Counted from the stretch's first letter, positions 47,727-57,763 are shown. The stretch is DNA of 64,000 bases from an uncultured cyanobacterium (GCA_963703315.1 OY969811.1:608001-672000); one strand, 5' to 3'. Program-made: numbers and translations. The notes: generated by a model from the letters alone, not told the origin.

Positions 47727-48732
47727 GCGTTCGATTATGAATAGACCCATCAGGCATAATTGTTCCAAAAAGATTTGCCTCTGACAAACTCACTTCATTG
47801 AGATTTGCCAATCGTAAATTAGCCTTAACGAGATTAGTCCCAATCATAAAAGCTGCATCCAATTTCGCAGAAATTAGTTGCGCTCCAATTAAAATCGCGC
47901 CACTCAAATTAGCATGGCTTAACACTGCATCGCTTAAAATCGTATCTTCTAAATTACTATTGCTCAAATCTGCATTACTCAGAATGGCATTACTAAGAAC
48001 TGCACTCTTAAGATTGGCATGACTCAAATTAGTATTGCTTAAATTAGCATTACTGAGAATGGCATCAACCAAATTAGCATGGCTCAAATTAGCTTGATTG
48101 ATAGTGGCATTACTCAGATCGCATTCTTGTAAATTTGCATTACTTAAATCGGCATTGCTTAACTTTACATCTGACAAATTTGCATTACTAAGATCTGCAA
48201 AATCTAGGCTTGCATTGGTAAGATCACTACGCCGTAAATCAGTATTTGCCAAATTAGCATTACTTAAAATCACATTACTTAAGTTAGTTTCGCTCAAGTC
48301 AGCATTATTCAAATCACTTCCATTTAAGTCAGCACCACTCAAATTAGCACCGTTGAAATAAGCTTTAGTTAGATCAGCCCCATGTAAGTTCGCTAAACTC
48401 AAATCGCATCTTTGGAGACAGGCTTCTCGCAAATGGGCATTACTCAAATAAGCACCACTTACTTCGGCATCTCGCAAACTTGCCTTGTATAAATCTGCCT
48501 CACGCAAATTGGCTTTGACTAAATCAGAACCACTCAAATTTGCACCTAATAAATTAGCATTACTTAGATTTGCCCAACGCAAATTAACTCCACTCAAATC
48601 TGCTTCACGAAGATTGGCTCTCCGTAAATTCGTACCACTCAAGTTAGGAATAATCTCAGGATTTTCTTGTCGCCATCGATTCCAGCTAGCTACCCCTTGT
48701 TTCAGCAAAGCTAGATGTTCTGAGTTTCCCAT
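47722..48732 (-). CDS. Pentapeptide repeat protein
   Basis: N-terminal EHLALLKQGVASWNRWR, a long A(N/D)LSx array and C-terminal MPDGS. Confidence 0.95.
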   Translation of the reverse strand: MGNSEHLALLKQGVASWNRWRQENPEIIPNLSGTNLRRANLREADLSGVNLRWANLSNANLLGANLSGSDLVKANLREADLYKASLRDAEVSGAYLSNAHLREACLQRCDLSLANLHGADLTKAYFNGANLSGADLNGSDLNNADLSETNLSNVILSNANLANTDLRRSDLTNASLDFADLSNANLSDVKLSNADLSNANLQECDLSNATINQANLSHANLVDAILSNANLSNTNLSHANLKSAVLSNAILSNADLSNSNLEDTILSDAVLSHANLSGAILIGAQLISAKLDAAFMIGTNLVKANLRLANLNEVSLSEANLFGTIMPDGSIHNRTL

Positions 48733-48913
48733 ATATGTCTCTTCCTTTTAACCCATGAGGTTGGTTGTAGATTTTAAACTGTTATTTAGTTTTGCCAGAG
48801 CGCAAAGCGCTATATATTGTTTTTGAATGGCTTATAGTCTCACTAAAGTTTCCTTTGGGGAAACAAGAAAAAGTCAGTAATTTATGCTTGGATGAAGCAA
48901 AGGAATATGCGTC

Positions 48914-51109
48914 ATGTCTTCCAATATTTCACCGACTTCTTTAGAGTGGCTCAATTCGCGATCGCAGGTTTTGCAGCCCTATTTAATCACAAAGGCAGAA
49001 CGAGGAATTATTGGTAAAAGCCGCTATGCATTACGGTTACGACAAGAAATTAAAAAGGCTAGTGAAGATCGAGAGCCAGTCTTAATTCTGGGTGAGCCGG
49101 GGTTAGATAAAGACAATATTGCTGCCTTGATTCACTTTAACTCTGCTCAGCGACGGGAGGCGATCGCGAAGGTCAATTGCAGTCTGATCCAAGCGAGTGG
49201 TGCAGACTTGTTTGGGCGATTCGGTGGGAATTTGGGATTGTTGGCATATTTAGGAAAGGGAACTTTAGTTTTAAACAATGTGCAGGAGCTACCTGCGGAA
49301 GTGCTTCCCAAAATTGTGCAACTTTTAGAGAAGCGCACCTTTCAACCTGTGGGTAGCGAAACTGATGAGATGATTGCCTGTGAAACGCGGATTATCATGG
49401 TTTCTGAGAAACGGCAATCTACTTGCGAATCCCATATTAAGCATTCGATCAAGGTTCCATCGCTAAGAGTTCGCAAAGTTGATATCAAACCCCATGTGGA
49501 ATATTACATCAGTCTGTTTTGTCGCGATCGCGGTATTCCTAAACCCAAAATTACGACCGAAGCCCTACGCAGTTTGCAAAGTTATGATTTTCCCAATAAT
49601 TTAAAAGAATTAAAATTTTTAGTAGAGCGAGCGATCGTGCAATCACTGGGCGCACCCGCACTCCATGAATCCGTATTTTGGTCAACCAAACCCAAGGGCA
49701 AAAAGTTTCGCTTTAATCTGCTGAATGCTTATCCCAATTTGCGAAGTTTTTTACGCAGTGACTGGTTTCCCGATCGCCTGAACTATGGCTTTACAATGAC
49801 ATTTTTTGCACTGGTCGTCGCTATGCTGTTTTTAGCGCCCCAAACCCGCGATCGCAATGTAGCACTTAACTTCTTTTGGGCATGGTGGTGGCCTTTGATT
49901 TTGATGGGATTCCCTTTTGTAGGACGCTTATGGTGTGCCATCTGTCCATTTATGATTTATGGCGAGGTGGTGCAGAAACTATCGCTATGGCTATTTCCGC
50001 GTCAGCTAAAACCTTGGAATCGCGATGCGGCTGAACGTTGGGGCGGTTGGTTTTTATTCGGTCTATTTGTACTGATTTATCTATGGGAAGAGCTTTGGAA
50101 TTTGCAAAATACTGCCTATCTTTCCGCTTATTTACTGCTGTTGATTACGGCGGGAGCAATTATCTGTTCATTAATTTTTGAGCGGAGATATTGGTGTCGC
50201 TACCTATGTCCGATTGGCGGTATGAATGGTCTATTTGCGAAGCTCTCGATGATTGAATTACGCGCTCAGCAAGGAACCTGTTCCGCAGAATGTACTACCT
50301 ATCAATGTTACAAAGGTGGTGCTAAAAAAGGAGAAGGATTAGAAACTAATGGATGTCCGCTTTATTCTCACCCTGCTCAACTGCAAGACAACCGCGACTG
50401 TGTGCTATGCATGACCTGCCTGAAGGCTTGTCCCCATCGCTCCGTAGAGTTAAACCTGCGTCCTCCTGCGATCGAGTTATGGACAACCCATGTCCCACGC
50501 ACCTATGAAGTTGCCCTGCTATTGCTATTACTGGGTGGTGCATTTCTCCATCGTTTGCCAGAGATTCAAGCCGCGATCGCTTGGCATTTTGGAGTGACAG
50601 TTAATGACACAGCATTCTTGCCCCACTTGGGACTATCAGTCTTAATTTTACTAATTGTCGCCGCCATTCCCTTAGCTGCCTATGGAACGATGAGATCGCT
50701 GCATTTTATCACCGTTAACTGGAAACGGAATTGCCAAGATCAGCAATTACCCTATGGGATTACCACCTGTAAACCCAAGCCATTTATCCAACTTGCCTAT
50801 GGCTATTTACCGATCGCTCTAGGCGCAAATCTGGCACATTATTTACGCCTCTTTCTACAAGAGGCAGGGCGCATTTTACCCGTAACTTGGGCGACCTTTG
50901 GTATGGATGGCTCGTATCTCCCCATTTTTATCGCTCATCCTGCGGTAATTGAATTTTTGCAAGGGACAACGTTAATTGTCTCAGTGTTATTAACATGGGC
51001 TTTGACTCAAAAAATTGCTAAGCAATCTTGGCGATCGCTATTGCCTCAGCATTTGAGTACGGTGATCTTAGCGATCGCCCTATGGATAATTATCGTGAGT
51101 TCGGGTTAA
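48914..51109 (+). CDS. Degenerate sigma54-interaction (bEBP-like AAA+) domain fused to a membrane 4Fe-4S (NapH/YccM-like) domain
   Basis: AAA+ region with PVLILGEPGLDK, VPSLRVRK and YDFPNNLKEL; membrane region with GRLWCAICP, WCRYLCP and CVLCMTCLKACP. Confidence 0.85.
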   Translation: MSSNISPTSLEWLNSRSQVLQPYLITKAERGIIGKSRYALRLRQEIKKASEDREPVLILGEPGLDKDNIAALIHFNSAQRREAIAKVNCSLIQASGADLFGRFGGNLGLLAYLGKGTLVLNNVQELPAEVLPKIVQLLEKRTFQPVGSETDEMIACETRIIMVSEKRQSTCESHIKHSIKVPSLRVRKVDIKPHVEYYISLFCRDRGIPKPKITTEALRSLQSYDFPNNLKELKFLVERAIVQSLGAPALHESVFWSTKPKGKKFRFNLLNAYPNLRSFLRSDWFPDRLNYGFTMTFFALVVAMLFLAPQTRDRNVALNFFWAWWWPLILMGFPFVGRLWCAICPFMIYGEVVQKLSLWLFPRQLKPWNRDAAERWGGWFLFGLFVLIYLWEELWNLQNTAYLSAYLLLLITAGAIICSLIFERRYWCRYLCPIGGMNGLFAKLSMIELRAQQGTCSAECTTYQCYKGGAKKGEGLETNGCPLYSHPAQLQDNRDCVLCMTCLKACPHRSVELNLRPPAIELWTTHVPRTYEVALLLLLLGGAFLHRLPEIQAAIAWHFGVTVNDTAFLPHLGLSVLILLIVAAIPLAAYGTMRSLHFITVNWKRNCQDQQLPYGITTCKPKPFIQLAYGYLPIALGANLAHYLRLFLQEAGRILPVTWATFGMDGSYLPIFIAHPAVIEFLQGTTLIVSVLLTWALTQKIAKQSWRSLLPQHLSTVILAIALWIIIVSSG

Positions 51110-51138
51110 GAGGCAGACAAGGTGAAGAGGATCAAGAT

Positions 51139-52476
51139 TTAATCCAGTTCTGAATAGTCGGGCAAAGTTGTATCGATCGCGATGCCATTTCTAATCACAG
51201 TGCGATCGCTTTGAGGACGCGATAGTAACTCGTTATAACTACGAGCTTTAAACATGACTAAATCCGCAGGTTCCCCAATCCCGATCTTACCGACATGATC
51301 TAAACCCATCAGTTTGGCAGGGCGCGAAATCACTGACTCAATCCAGTTATCGTAAGGTGTATCGAGATGAGCAATTTTTGTTCCCATACTAAAAACTTGC
51401 AATAAATCGTGATCACCAAATCCATAGAAGGGATCGCGACAGTTATCACTAGCCAGAGCCACACTCACCCCTGCGCTATCTAATTCGTGGACGAGCGTCA
51501 CACCACGCCAGCGCGGGGTTCTCGCCGCAACCCGATCCTGTAAATATAAATTGCACAGTGGTAAACTGACGATGCCAATATTTGCTGCTTTCACGAGAGC
51601 GATCGTTTGATTGACAGTTTCTGGATCTTGTACTGCCAAGCTACAACAATGTCCACAGATGATTTGGGCTTTAAAACCATACTTTAAAACTGCTTCCGCG
51701 ATGTAGTGCAGCGATCGCGAGTTAGGGTTATCATTCTCATCGGCATGAAAGTCTAAATCAAGATTTCGTTCTGTAGCTAAGACAAAAATTCGTTCTAAAT
51801 ATCGATCTAGATTGGGAATTGAATGGGCGATTCCTCCCATGACGATACCGAGATCGGCGATCGCATCGGCAAACTGTTCACCTTCTGGCGTTTCAAAATA
51901 GCCAAGCTGAACTAGAGATACGCCCTGTAAGGTAATCTTTTCTTTCCATTTTTCACGGAGTTCTTGAAATACTTGAAATGTAGTTTTGACTTGGTGTGGT
52001 GGACAATCTAAGTGAGTGCGAATTACCTTTGTCCCATGAGCATAGCTACATTTCAGTCCAAATTCCATCCGTCGATAGAGGTCGTCATAGCTCCAATTTT
52101 TCTGTTCATTACAATCTTGATGGACAGCATTGAGTGCGCCCTGAAATGTCCCATCTAAATTGGGATTGCGTTCCCATATATGTCCTTTGTCTAGATGGGT
52201 ATGCAAATCCACAAAACAGGGAATGATGATACCTTGCTTGGCATCGACAATAGGTAAACTTTCGAGAGGAACCTGTGAACTAAGTGCATCTCCATTATTA
52301 GGGATAATCGCTTCTATTTGTCCATGACGAATTTCGAGATGACAGGGAAATAGGCGATCGCGCTGTAATGTGGTGGTGAGGGGAATATCTATGGCTTGAT
52401 CGAGAATCTCTGTATCAATCAAACAATCAGGAATCCTAGCATTAATAATCCAATAATGAGCAGCTTCTGTCATCAC
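51139..52476 (-). CDS. codA: Cytosine deaminase family amidohydrolase
   Basis: Motifs DLHTHLDK, IRTHLD, DFHADE, GHCCSL and SDNCRDPF. Confidence 0.9.
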   Translation of the reverse strand: MMTEAAHYWIINARIPDCLIDTEILDQAIDIPLTTTLQRDRLFPCHLEIRHGQIEAIIPNNGDALSSQVPLESLPIVDAKQGIIIPCFVDLHTHLDKGHIWERNPNLDGTFQGALNAVHQDCNEQKNWSYDDLYRRMEFGLKCSYAHGTKVIRTHLDCPPHQVKTTFQVFQELREKWKEKITLQGVSLVQLGYFETPEGEQFADAIADLGIVMGGIAHSIPNLDRYLERIFVLATERNLDLDFHADENDNPNSRSLHYIAEAVLKYGFKAQIICGHCCSLAVQDPETVNQTIALVKAANIGIVSLPLCNLYLQDRVAARTPRWRGVTLVHELDSAGVSVALASDNCRDPFYGFGDHDLLQVFSMGTKIAHLDTPYDNWIESVISRPAKLMGLDHVGKIGIGEPADLVMFKARSYNELLSRPQSDRTVIRNGIAIDTTLPDYSELD

Positions 52477-52481
52477 AATTC

Positions 52482-52919
52482 CTATGCACCTCCGATATAA
52501 GTCACTAGCGCTCGTAGTCCTAAACGATAACTCTCTGCCCCAAAGCCACTAATCTGCCCGATCGCAATGGGGGCAATAAAAGAATGATGGCGAAATTCTT
52601 CGCGTTTATGAATATTACTGAGATGCACTTCTACAGTTGGGATATTTACTGAGGCGATCGCATCTCGCAGCGCTACACTGGTATGCGTAAATCCCCCAGG
52701 ATTGATCAAAATCCCTTGCTGTACCTGAAAAGCAGCATGGATCGTATCAATTAACACACCTTCGTGATTAGACTGCAAAAACGTTAATTCTGCACCTAAC
52801 TCGGAAGCATCTTGAGCTAGGCGATCGTTAATTTGGGTAAGTGTGGTGCTGCCATATACATCTGGTTCACGCAAACCTAACATATTTAGGTTTGGACCAT
52901 GCAAAACTAAAATCTTCAT
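52482..52919 (-). CDS. aroQ: Type II 3-dehydroquinate dehydratase
   Basis: Motifs [30 protein letters not shown] and EVHLSN..REEFRH. Confidence 0.97.
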   Translation of the reverse strand: MKILVLHGPNLNMLGLREPDVYGSTTLTQINDRLAQDASELGAELTFLQSNHEGVLIDTIHAAFQVQQGILINPGGFTHTSVALRDAIASVNIPTVEVHLSNIHKREEFRHHSFIAPIAIGQISGFGAESYRLGLRALVTYIGGA

Positions 52920-52957
52920 TAATCAGTTTGGTCTTTTTCCTTTTTCCCTTTTCCTTC

Positions 52958-53284
52958 TTATCGGAATTGCTCAAGAGCATCGCTAAAGCGCATGGTTTTG
53001 GTGATTGCCTCAACGTTAGGATGAGGACGCGGAATGATTGTTGCAGATAGAAATAGGGCTTTATCTTTAGAACTTAAAACTTCAATTTTTTTGGCGGCTT
53101 CGACCCCAGCTTCTACGGCTCTTTTGACATCACCTACGGGACCACGCACGATGATGGTTAGGCGAGCACCACTAACTTTTTCGTAGCCGACAAAAGTGAC
53201 ATGAGCAGCTTTCACCATTGTGTCAGCAACGGAGAGTGCAGGAGGATGTCCCAACACTTCAACTAAACCAACTGCCATTCCCAT
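52958..53284 (-). CDS. ccmK: Satellite carboxysome shell BMC-H protein (divergent CcmK)
   Basis: Motifs MAVGLVE, ADTMVKAA, IIVRG.V.DV..AVEAG, IIPRPHPN and C-terminal EQFR. Confidence 0.88.
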   Translation of the reverse strand: MGMAVGLVEVLGHPPALSVADTMVKAAHVTFVGYEKVSGARLTIIVRGPVGDVKRAVEAGVEAAKKIEVLSSKDKALFLSATIIPRPHPNVEAITKTMRFSDALEQFR

Positions 53285-53491
53285 ATAAAATTCCTTGCGC
53301 CTGTAAAAAAGCTAATAAATAAGTTAATAAAAAGGCTAATAACGGTAATTATTTTTAGTTTTGCATTTTTATCAACCATAATCATAAATCTCAATGGTAT
53401 CGATTGCATGATATCCATTGTTTATTAGCTGTATAACGTAAGTTAATTACAAAAGAGTGGTGACGCAAAGCGTCGCCACTCTTTTGGTGAT

Positions 53492-54013
53492 TTATGCAAG
53501 CTTGGCACGAATAGTTTCAATGCGATCGCGATTTACGCCTAGATCTGACTTGCCTAAACGAGATGCAGAGCGCACTTCGATAATGCCCTTGTCAGCATTT
53601 AGATAAAACTCCACATCATCAACATAGCCCATGAGCTTACTTGTAAACTCAGCATAGATATAGTTATTTTCGGCGGTAATAATTTTGGTGCGGGGCAAGC
53701 TTTCAATTACAGCTTTCAGATCTGCTAAGGCTTTAGCAGGATCACCAGAATAGGTCAAAGGTGCGATTTTGTGTTCTGCGTCAGTGCTTTGGCTAGATAC
53801 ACAGTTAGGGGAGTCAGGACAGGCAAGGAGTTTGCCATTCGTCACACCGAGATTGGTTGGGCGTGTACCAGAAAACGAGAAAATTGCCATAGGTGTTGCG
53901 ATCGCAGAATTAAGGTTGTTTGTAAGAGAATGAGCATTTGCCGCAGGGACAATGCCGAAATAAGCCAGCGTGACTAAATATAGACTCGCGGCGATCGCGA
54001 CAAGTTTAGACAT
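53492..54013 (-). CDS. DUF1499 protein (start 54013 inferred)
   Basis: Motifs LACPDSPNCVSS, GYVDDVEF and RSASRLGKSDLGVNRDR. Confidence 0.9.
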   Translation of the reverse strand: MSKLVAIAASLYLVTLAYFGIVPAANAHSLTNNLNSAIATPMAIFSFSGTRPTNLGVTNGKLLACPDSPNCVSSQSTDAEHKIAPLTYSGDPAKALADLKAVIESLPRTKIITAENNYIYAEFTSKLMGYVDDVEFYLNADKGIIEVRSASRLGKSDLGVNRDRIETIRAKLA

Positions 54014-54410
54014 ATAAAATTCCACGTACAAGGTTAAAAAGTGTGCCAAACAGTAAAGCTAGTGTAGCTAAAGAAGCGATCGCATTGCCTGCGGCTCTTT
54101 TGCTAGCTTCGATGTAATATCCCCATGCGTAGCCAATACGCCCGACAATCCAGACTGCACCTAAAATTGCGCCCCAGTTAGGACTGACATAGATGCTGAA
54201 CAGCCACAAGGCAGGTAAAAAGATCACAATCTGCTCTAGGGTGTTTTGGTGAGCGCGATATACTCTCTCAAAATCTTCGTTGCCAGTGGTTTGCGGAGGC
54301 ATAATTTTGTACTTAACGCGGGCAACACCCACACCGATGCCTAAGCCAAAATAAACAAGCAATGCACCGATCGTGGCGATCGCAGGAAATACAAGGGTTT
54401 TAATATCCAT
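54006..54410 (-). CDS. MAPEG family protein (start 54410 inferred)
   Basis: Motifs ARVKY, FERVYRAHQNTLE and GRIGYAWGY. Confidence 0.9.
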   Translation of the reverse strand: MDIKTLVFPAIATIGALLVYFGLGIGVGVARVKYKIMPPQTTGNEDFERVYRAHQNTLEQIVIFLPALWLFSIYVSPNWGAILGAVWIVGRIGYAWGYYIEASKRAAGNAIASLATLALLFGTLFNLVRGILYV

Positions 54411-54414
54411 TGGG

Positions 54415-54524
54415 TAAGTTAAGTTGTTGGAATTAAACGTAGGATGGGTTAGCAATAGCGTAACCCATCATTTTGCTAATTGATGCGTTACGTTGCACTA
54501 ACGCATCCTACGAATAATTAAGCT
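54415..54524. mobile_element. Second copy (reverse orientation) of the GTAG-REP doublet element at 38807
   Basis: GTAGGATGGGTTAGCAATAGCGTAACCCATC ... GATGCGTTACGTTGCACTAACGCATCCTAC with matching flanks; the TIRs are eroded. Confidence 0.8.
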
Positions 54525-54541
54525 ATATTTCATTTCATGCT

Positions 54542-55540
54542 ATGCAAAAGTTTCATATATATCTAGGGCTTGCCTTAATTAGGTTGCTAAGTAGCTGGGC
54601 GCAATTAAATATAAAATCCAAAAGCCTGTGGCGCACGCTGCGCGTGCGCCACAGGCTTTTGCTCTGGTTTTTAATTATGCCCAACTACTTAGTGGGATTA
54701 CTCTTTGGTTGTCAGCAGACTCCATCAAATACTTCGACACCTAGTCTGACATCTTCACCAATAGTCAATCCTGCTACAGAAAAAGCAATTAGTTATTTGC
54801 GATCGCAGCTTAAGTTATCCCCCAATGTGGCGATCGTGGCGGAGTCTCAAAAGCCTAATCCAGCCAATACTAGCGATCTTTGCCAAACAATGGCTCCGAC
54901 TCAAGATGGCTTTGCGATCGCCTTAATTGCCGAAGATATCCGCTATACCTTGCAAACTAATCGAGATGCTAGCAAAATTGAAATTTGTGGCTCTGAGGAT
55001 GCCAAACCAGCCACTACTGGGAAATACAATGGCGCAGGTTATATTTTGCGTTACCCTGCCGACTGGAAGGCGATCGATTTTGGTTTAGAACCTTCGGGGG
55101 CAAGTACAGTAATTTTCACACCTAGCCGTGAGCCAAATTTAGCTAGTGGTCAAGATTTAGCCAAGCTTTTACAACAGCTACAACAAAGCCAACAGGTTTA
55201 TACAGTTGTGTCAAGGCAGCCGCTTGAGGGTGTAGACAAATCGAAGGTAGCGATCGCTTCAGATGGTTCGGAAACTGCTAAAGATTTAGTGACGATTCCC
55301 TTTGATGCCAAAGTTAAAGGTGCAAATTCTGGTTCTAAAAAAGAATTCACAAAGGAATTTGCGATCGCCAATGGTTCGCCAAGCTCAAAGATTTGGAAAG
55401 TCCAAGTATTAACCCTCGAAACCGACCAATTTATTTACAGAGTTCACTACTATCAACCCGCTAAAACCGATCCCAATAGTCCCACTTCTAACGCCTTTGA
55501 TCAATTTGCCAATAGTTTCGCCCTCATTCCATCTCAATAA
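54542..55540 (+). CDS. Putative lipoprotein (PsbP-like YILRYPADW motif) with a MITE in frame in its signal peptide
   Basis: Lipobox LFGC at aa 54-57 followed by a Ser/Thr/Pro linker; 34 codons derive from the MITE. Confidence 0.7.
   Translation: MQKFHIYLGLALIRLLSSWAQLNIKSKSLWRTLRVRHRLLLWFLIMPNYLVGLLFGCQQTPSNTSTPSLTSSPIVNPATEKAISYLRSQLKLSPNVAIVAESQKPNPANTSDLCQTMAPTQDGFAIALIAEDIRYTLQTNRDASKIEICGSEDAKPATTGKYNGAGYILRYPADWKAIDFGLEPSGASTVIFTPSREPNLASGQDLAKLLQQLQQSQQVYTVVSRQPLEGVDKSKVAIASDGSETAKDLVTIPFDAKVKGANSGSKKEFTKEFAIANGSPSSKIWKVQVLTLETDQFIYRVHYYQPAKTDPNSPTSNAFDQFANSFALIPSQ
54588..54691. mobile_element. MITE-like family B (core TGTGGCGCACGC), 104 bp, inside a CDS
   Basis: TAAGTAGCTGGGCGCAATTAAA ... 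TTTAATTATGCCCAACTACTTA with TA duplicated; sister copy at 59156. Confidence 0.88.
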
Positions 55541-55585
55541 TCAAGATAGGCGGCGCGAAGCGCCGCCTATCCCAACCCTAAAATT

Positions 55586-56128
55586 ATGAGCCAAAGATTT
55601 TTTATTGCCTTGTTACCGCCTACAGCTATTCAGGATGCGGTTAGAGAAATTCAATATGATTTGCGCGATCGCTACAACACCAAAGCCACTCTCAAATCTC
55701 CACCCCATATCACCATGATCCCACCCTTTGAATTATCCAGCGATCGCCTTGAGCCATTGCAGATAGAACTAGAGAACTTTGCGAAAACGCGATCGCCTTT
55801 TACGATTAACCTATCAGGATTTGCCGCATTTCCACCGCGTGTTATTTATGTTGATGTTGTGCCTAACCCGATTCTGCAAAATTTGTATATTGAGATTGCC
55901 TCGACTCTGGCAAACAATCTCAATATTCTCGATCCCTATGCTTCCAGACCTTTTGTCCCCCATGTAACTGTCGGTTTTCGAGATTTGACCCCTGAAAACT
56001 TCGAGAGGGCTTGGGCAGAATTTAGCGATCGGCAAATTCAATTTGAATTTGTGGCAAGTGCCTTAACCCTACTAGTTTATGAAGAGCAAAGATGGAATAT
56101 TCTCACCAACTTCTCTTTTGTGAATTAA
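55586..56128 (+). CDS. 2H phosphoesterase / 2'-5' RNA ligase family protein
   Basis: Two HxT motifs (PPHIT, PHVT) and N-terminal RFFIAL. Confidence 0.9.
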   Translation: MSQRFFIALLPPTAIQDAVREIQYDLRDRYNTKATLKSPPHITMIPPFELSSDRLEPLQIELENFAKTRSPFTINLSGFAAFPPRVIYVDVVPNPILQNLYIEIASTLANNLNILDPYASRPFVPHVTVGFRDLTPENFERAWAEFSDRQIQFEFVASALTLLVYEEQRWNILTNFSFVN

Positions 56129-56196
56129 AAACCAAACCCAGTAAGAGTTTTCAAAACTAAATATCGCGCAGCGATATTTAGTTTTGAGATTAGTTC

Positions 56197-56817
56197 CTAA
56201 GTGCCATATTCCCAACCCAGAACCCAATTATTCGCGATCGCCGCATTGCTTATTAGGTCTAATAACTGCTGAGCGTCTTTCTGCTCTGACTGAGAGCCTA
56301 AACCAGAGATTAGTAATTGTTCTAATTCCTGATGGGATTCATGGATAACCTGTGCTTCTGATGGATTGAGCAATCCTGTATAAGCACAACTGCTATAGGC
56401 AGCTTCATGTAACCACCAAGGCAGATTTTGACGGTGAAGTGAGCTTATATCAACAACTTTGTCAAATAGTTGCCATGCGGGTTGGAGGCGATCGCGAATT
56501 GACTCTAACTGCGGTGGATTAGCAGCAAGATCTGCAAAAAAGGTATCCGTAGCTCGAATCTCATACTCAGCTACCATACAGTCTGCCTTACACATTTCCA
56601 GAATAACTCTAGTCGCAGATTTTGGCAGAATTACGCGATCGCCTTCATTCTTAATACTATCAACTTCCAGTTCTTCGATTCTTTCCGCAACTTCACCATT
56701 AAGACGTAATCCTCTCTCAATCATTGTATTCCAATCAGCAATCAGCAAATCTCGCGGCATATTAAGATAAGTATTCTCAAACTGCTTTTTTGCCAATGTG
56801 TAAAGGGTTGTACGCAT
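56197..56817 (-). CDS. Hypothetical protein
   Basis: 206-aa ORF with an ATG start and normal composition; no motif recognised. Confidence 0.65.
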   Translation of the reverse strand: MRTTLYTLAKKQFENTYLNMPRDLLIADWNTMIERGLRLNGEVAERIEELEVDSIKNEGDRVILPKSATRVILEMCKADCMVAEYEIRATDTFFADLAANPPQLESIRDRLQPAWQLFDKVVDISSLHRQNLPWWLHEAAYSSCAYTGLLNPSEAQVIHESHQELEQLLISGLGSQSEQKDAQQLLDLISNAAIANNWVLGWEYGT

Positions 56818-56862
56818 AGTTCTATTATCAATCCTGATGTCTAATTAGCGAAAACCTAGAGA

Positions 56863-57501
56863 CTAACGCTGCAACATTGCCCAAACGAAACCTGCACCTT
56901 TGCCTTGAACCCGCGCCATTTTAATCCATAGCAAAGTTAGATGTTCCAGATGTAAACTCATTGATAAATTTCCTGTATCCACAACTTCCCAACCTAGTTG
57001 AGAACATAGTGAACCCACCTTCTCTTTAGCAGATTGATCGTTCCCAGCAATCAACATCGCAGGTTTCAAATCACCATAGCCAGCATAGCTACTATCTTCA
57101 AAGTTCTCATAGCCATAAATGGTAAAGGCTTTCACTACGTGAGCATTAGGAACGAACTCCTGAACAGTTTCACTACCAGAGATCTGACTTTGCAACCCAT
57201 GCGATAAATTTGCCCCAACAGGATTAGTACAATCTACTAAAACCTTGCCCTCAAGAGCAGATCTGACAGGAGCAAGTGCCGTCTCGATCGCACTAAAAGG
57301 AGTCGCCAAAAATACAACTTCTGCTTCTTGGACAGCTTCCAACGGTGATTTAACAATTAGTGCAGAGTTGCGGTTAGTGGCTTCTAGTACTGACTTAGAT
57401 TGGGGATCACGGGCGGCAATGAAGACTTGATGACCTAGCTTTTGCAAGCGATCGGCTAGAGGTGCGCCGACGTTACCCGTACCAATAAATGCGATGTTCA
57501 T
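56863..57501 (-). CDS. NADPH-dependent F420 reductase-like oxidoreductase
   Basis: Motifs IAFIGTGNVG, VFLATP, VDCTNP, SGSE, VVKAF and AGND. Confidence 0.88.
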   Translation of the reverse strand: MNIAFIGTGNVGAPLADRLQKLGHQVFIAARDPQSKSVLEATNRNSALIVKSPLEAVQEAEVVFLATPFSAIETALAPVRSALEGKVLVDCTNPVGANLSHGLQSQISGSETVQEFVPNAHVVKAFTIYGYENFEDSSYAGYGDLKPAMLIAGNDQSAKEKVGSLCSQLGWEVVDTGNLSMSLHLEHLTLLWIKMARVQGKGAGFVWAMLQR

Positions 57502-57703
57502 GGGCTTATATACCGTTATTTTCGCTATTCACAGAATATTCTCGCAGAAAACAACGATCAATATTTAAATTAAAAATCACTATAATTATTGCCAGTCTTA
57601 AATGTCAAGCTCTTATTCTTAAGCAACTCGTTTACACCTAAAAGACTAAACACATACCGATTTCGATAAATATTATTTAAATCCTATTAAATAAAAAATA
57701 TAC

Positions 57704-57731
57704 TTGCAATTTTGGTAAAAACTACTATAAT
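57704..57731 (+). promoter_or_regulatory. pncB sigma70-type promoter overlapped by a candidate NrtR operator
   Basis: TTGCAA-16 bp-TATAAT; the 21-bp imperfect palindrome TTTTGGT-AAAAACT-ACTATAA spans 57710-57730. Confidence 0.65.
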
Positions 57732-57763
57732 AAAAATATACCAGCCGCTATCCCCACAAAGTC

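Noticed and set aside
47722..48732. Strong 15-nt periodicity and long antisense ORFs
   Set aside because: Explained by pentapeptide-repeat coding.
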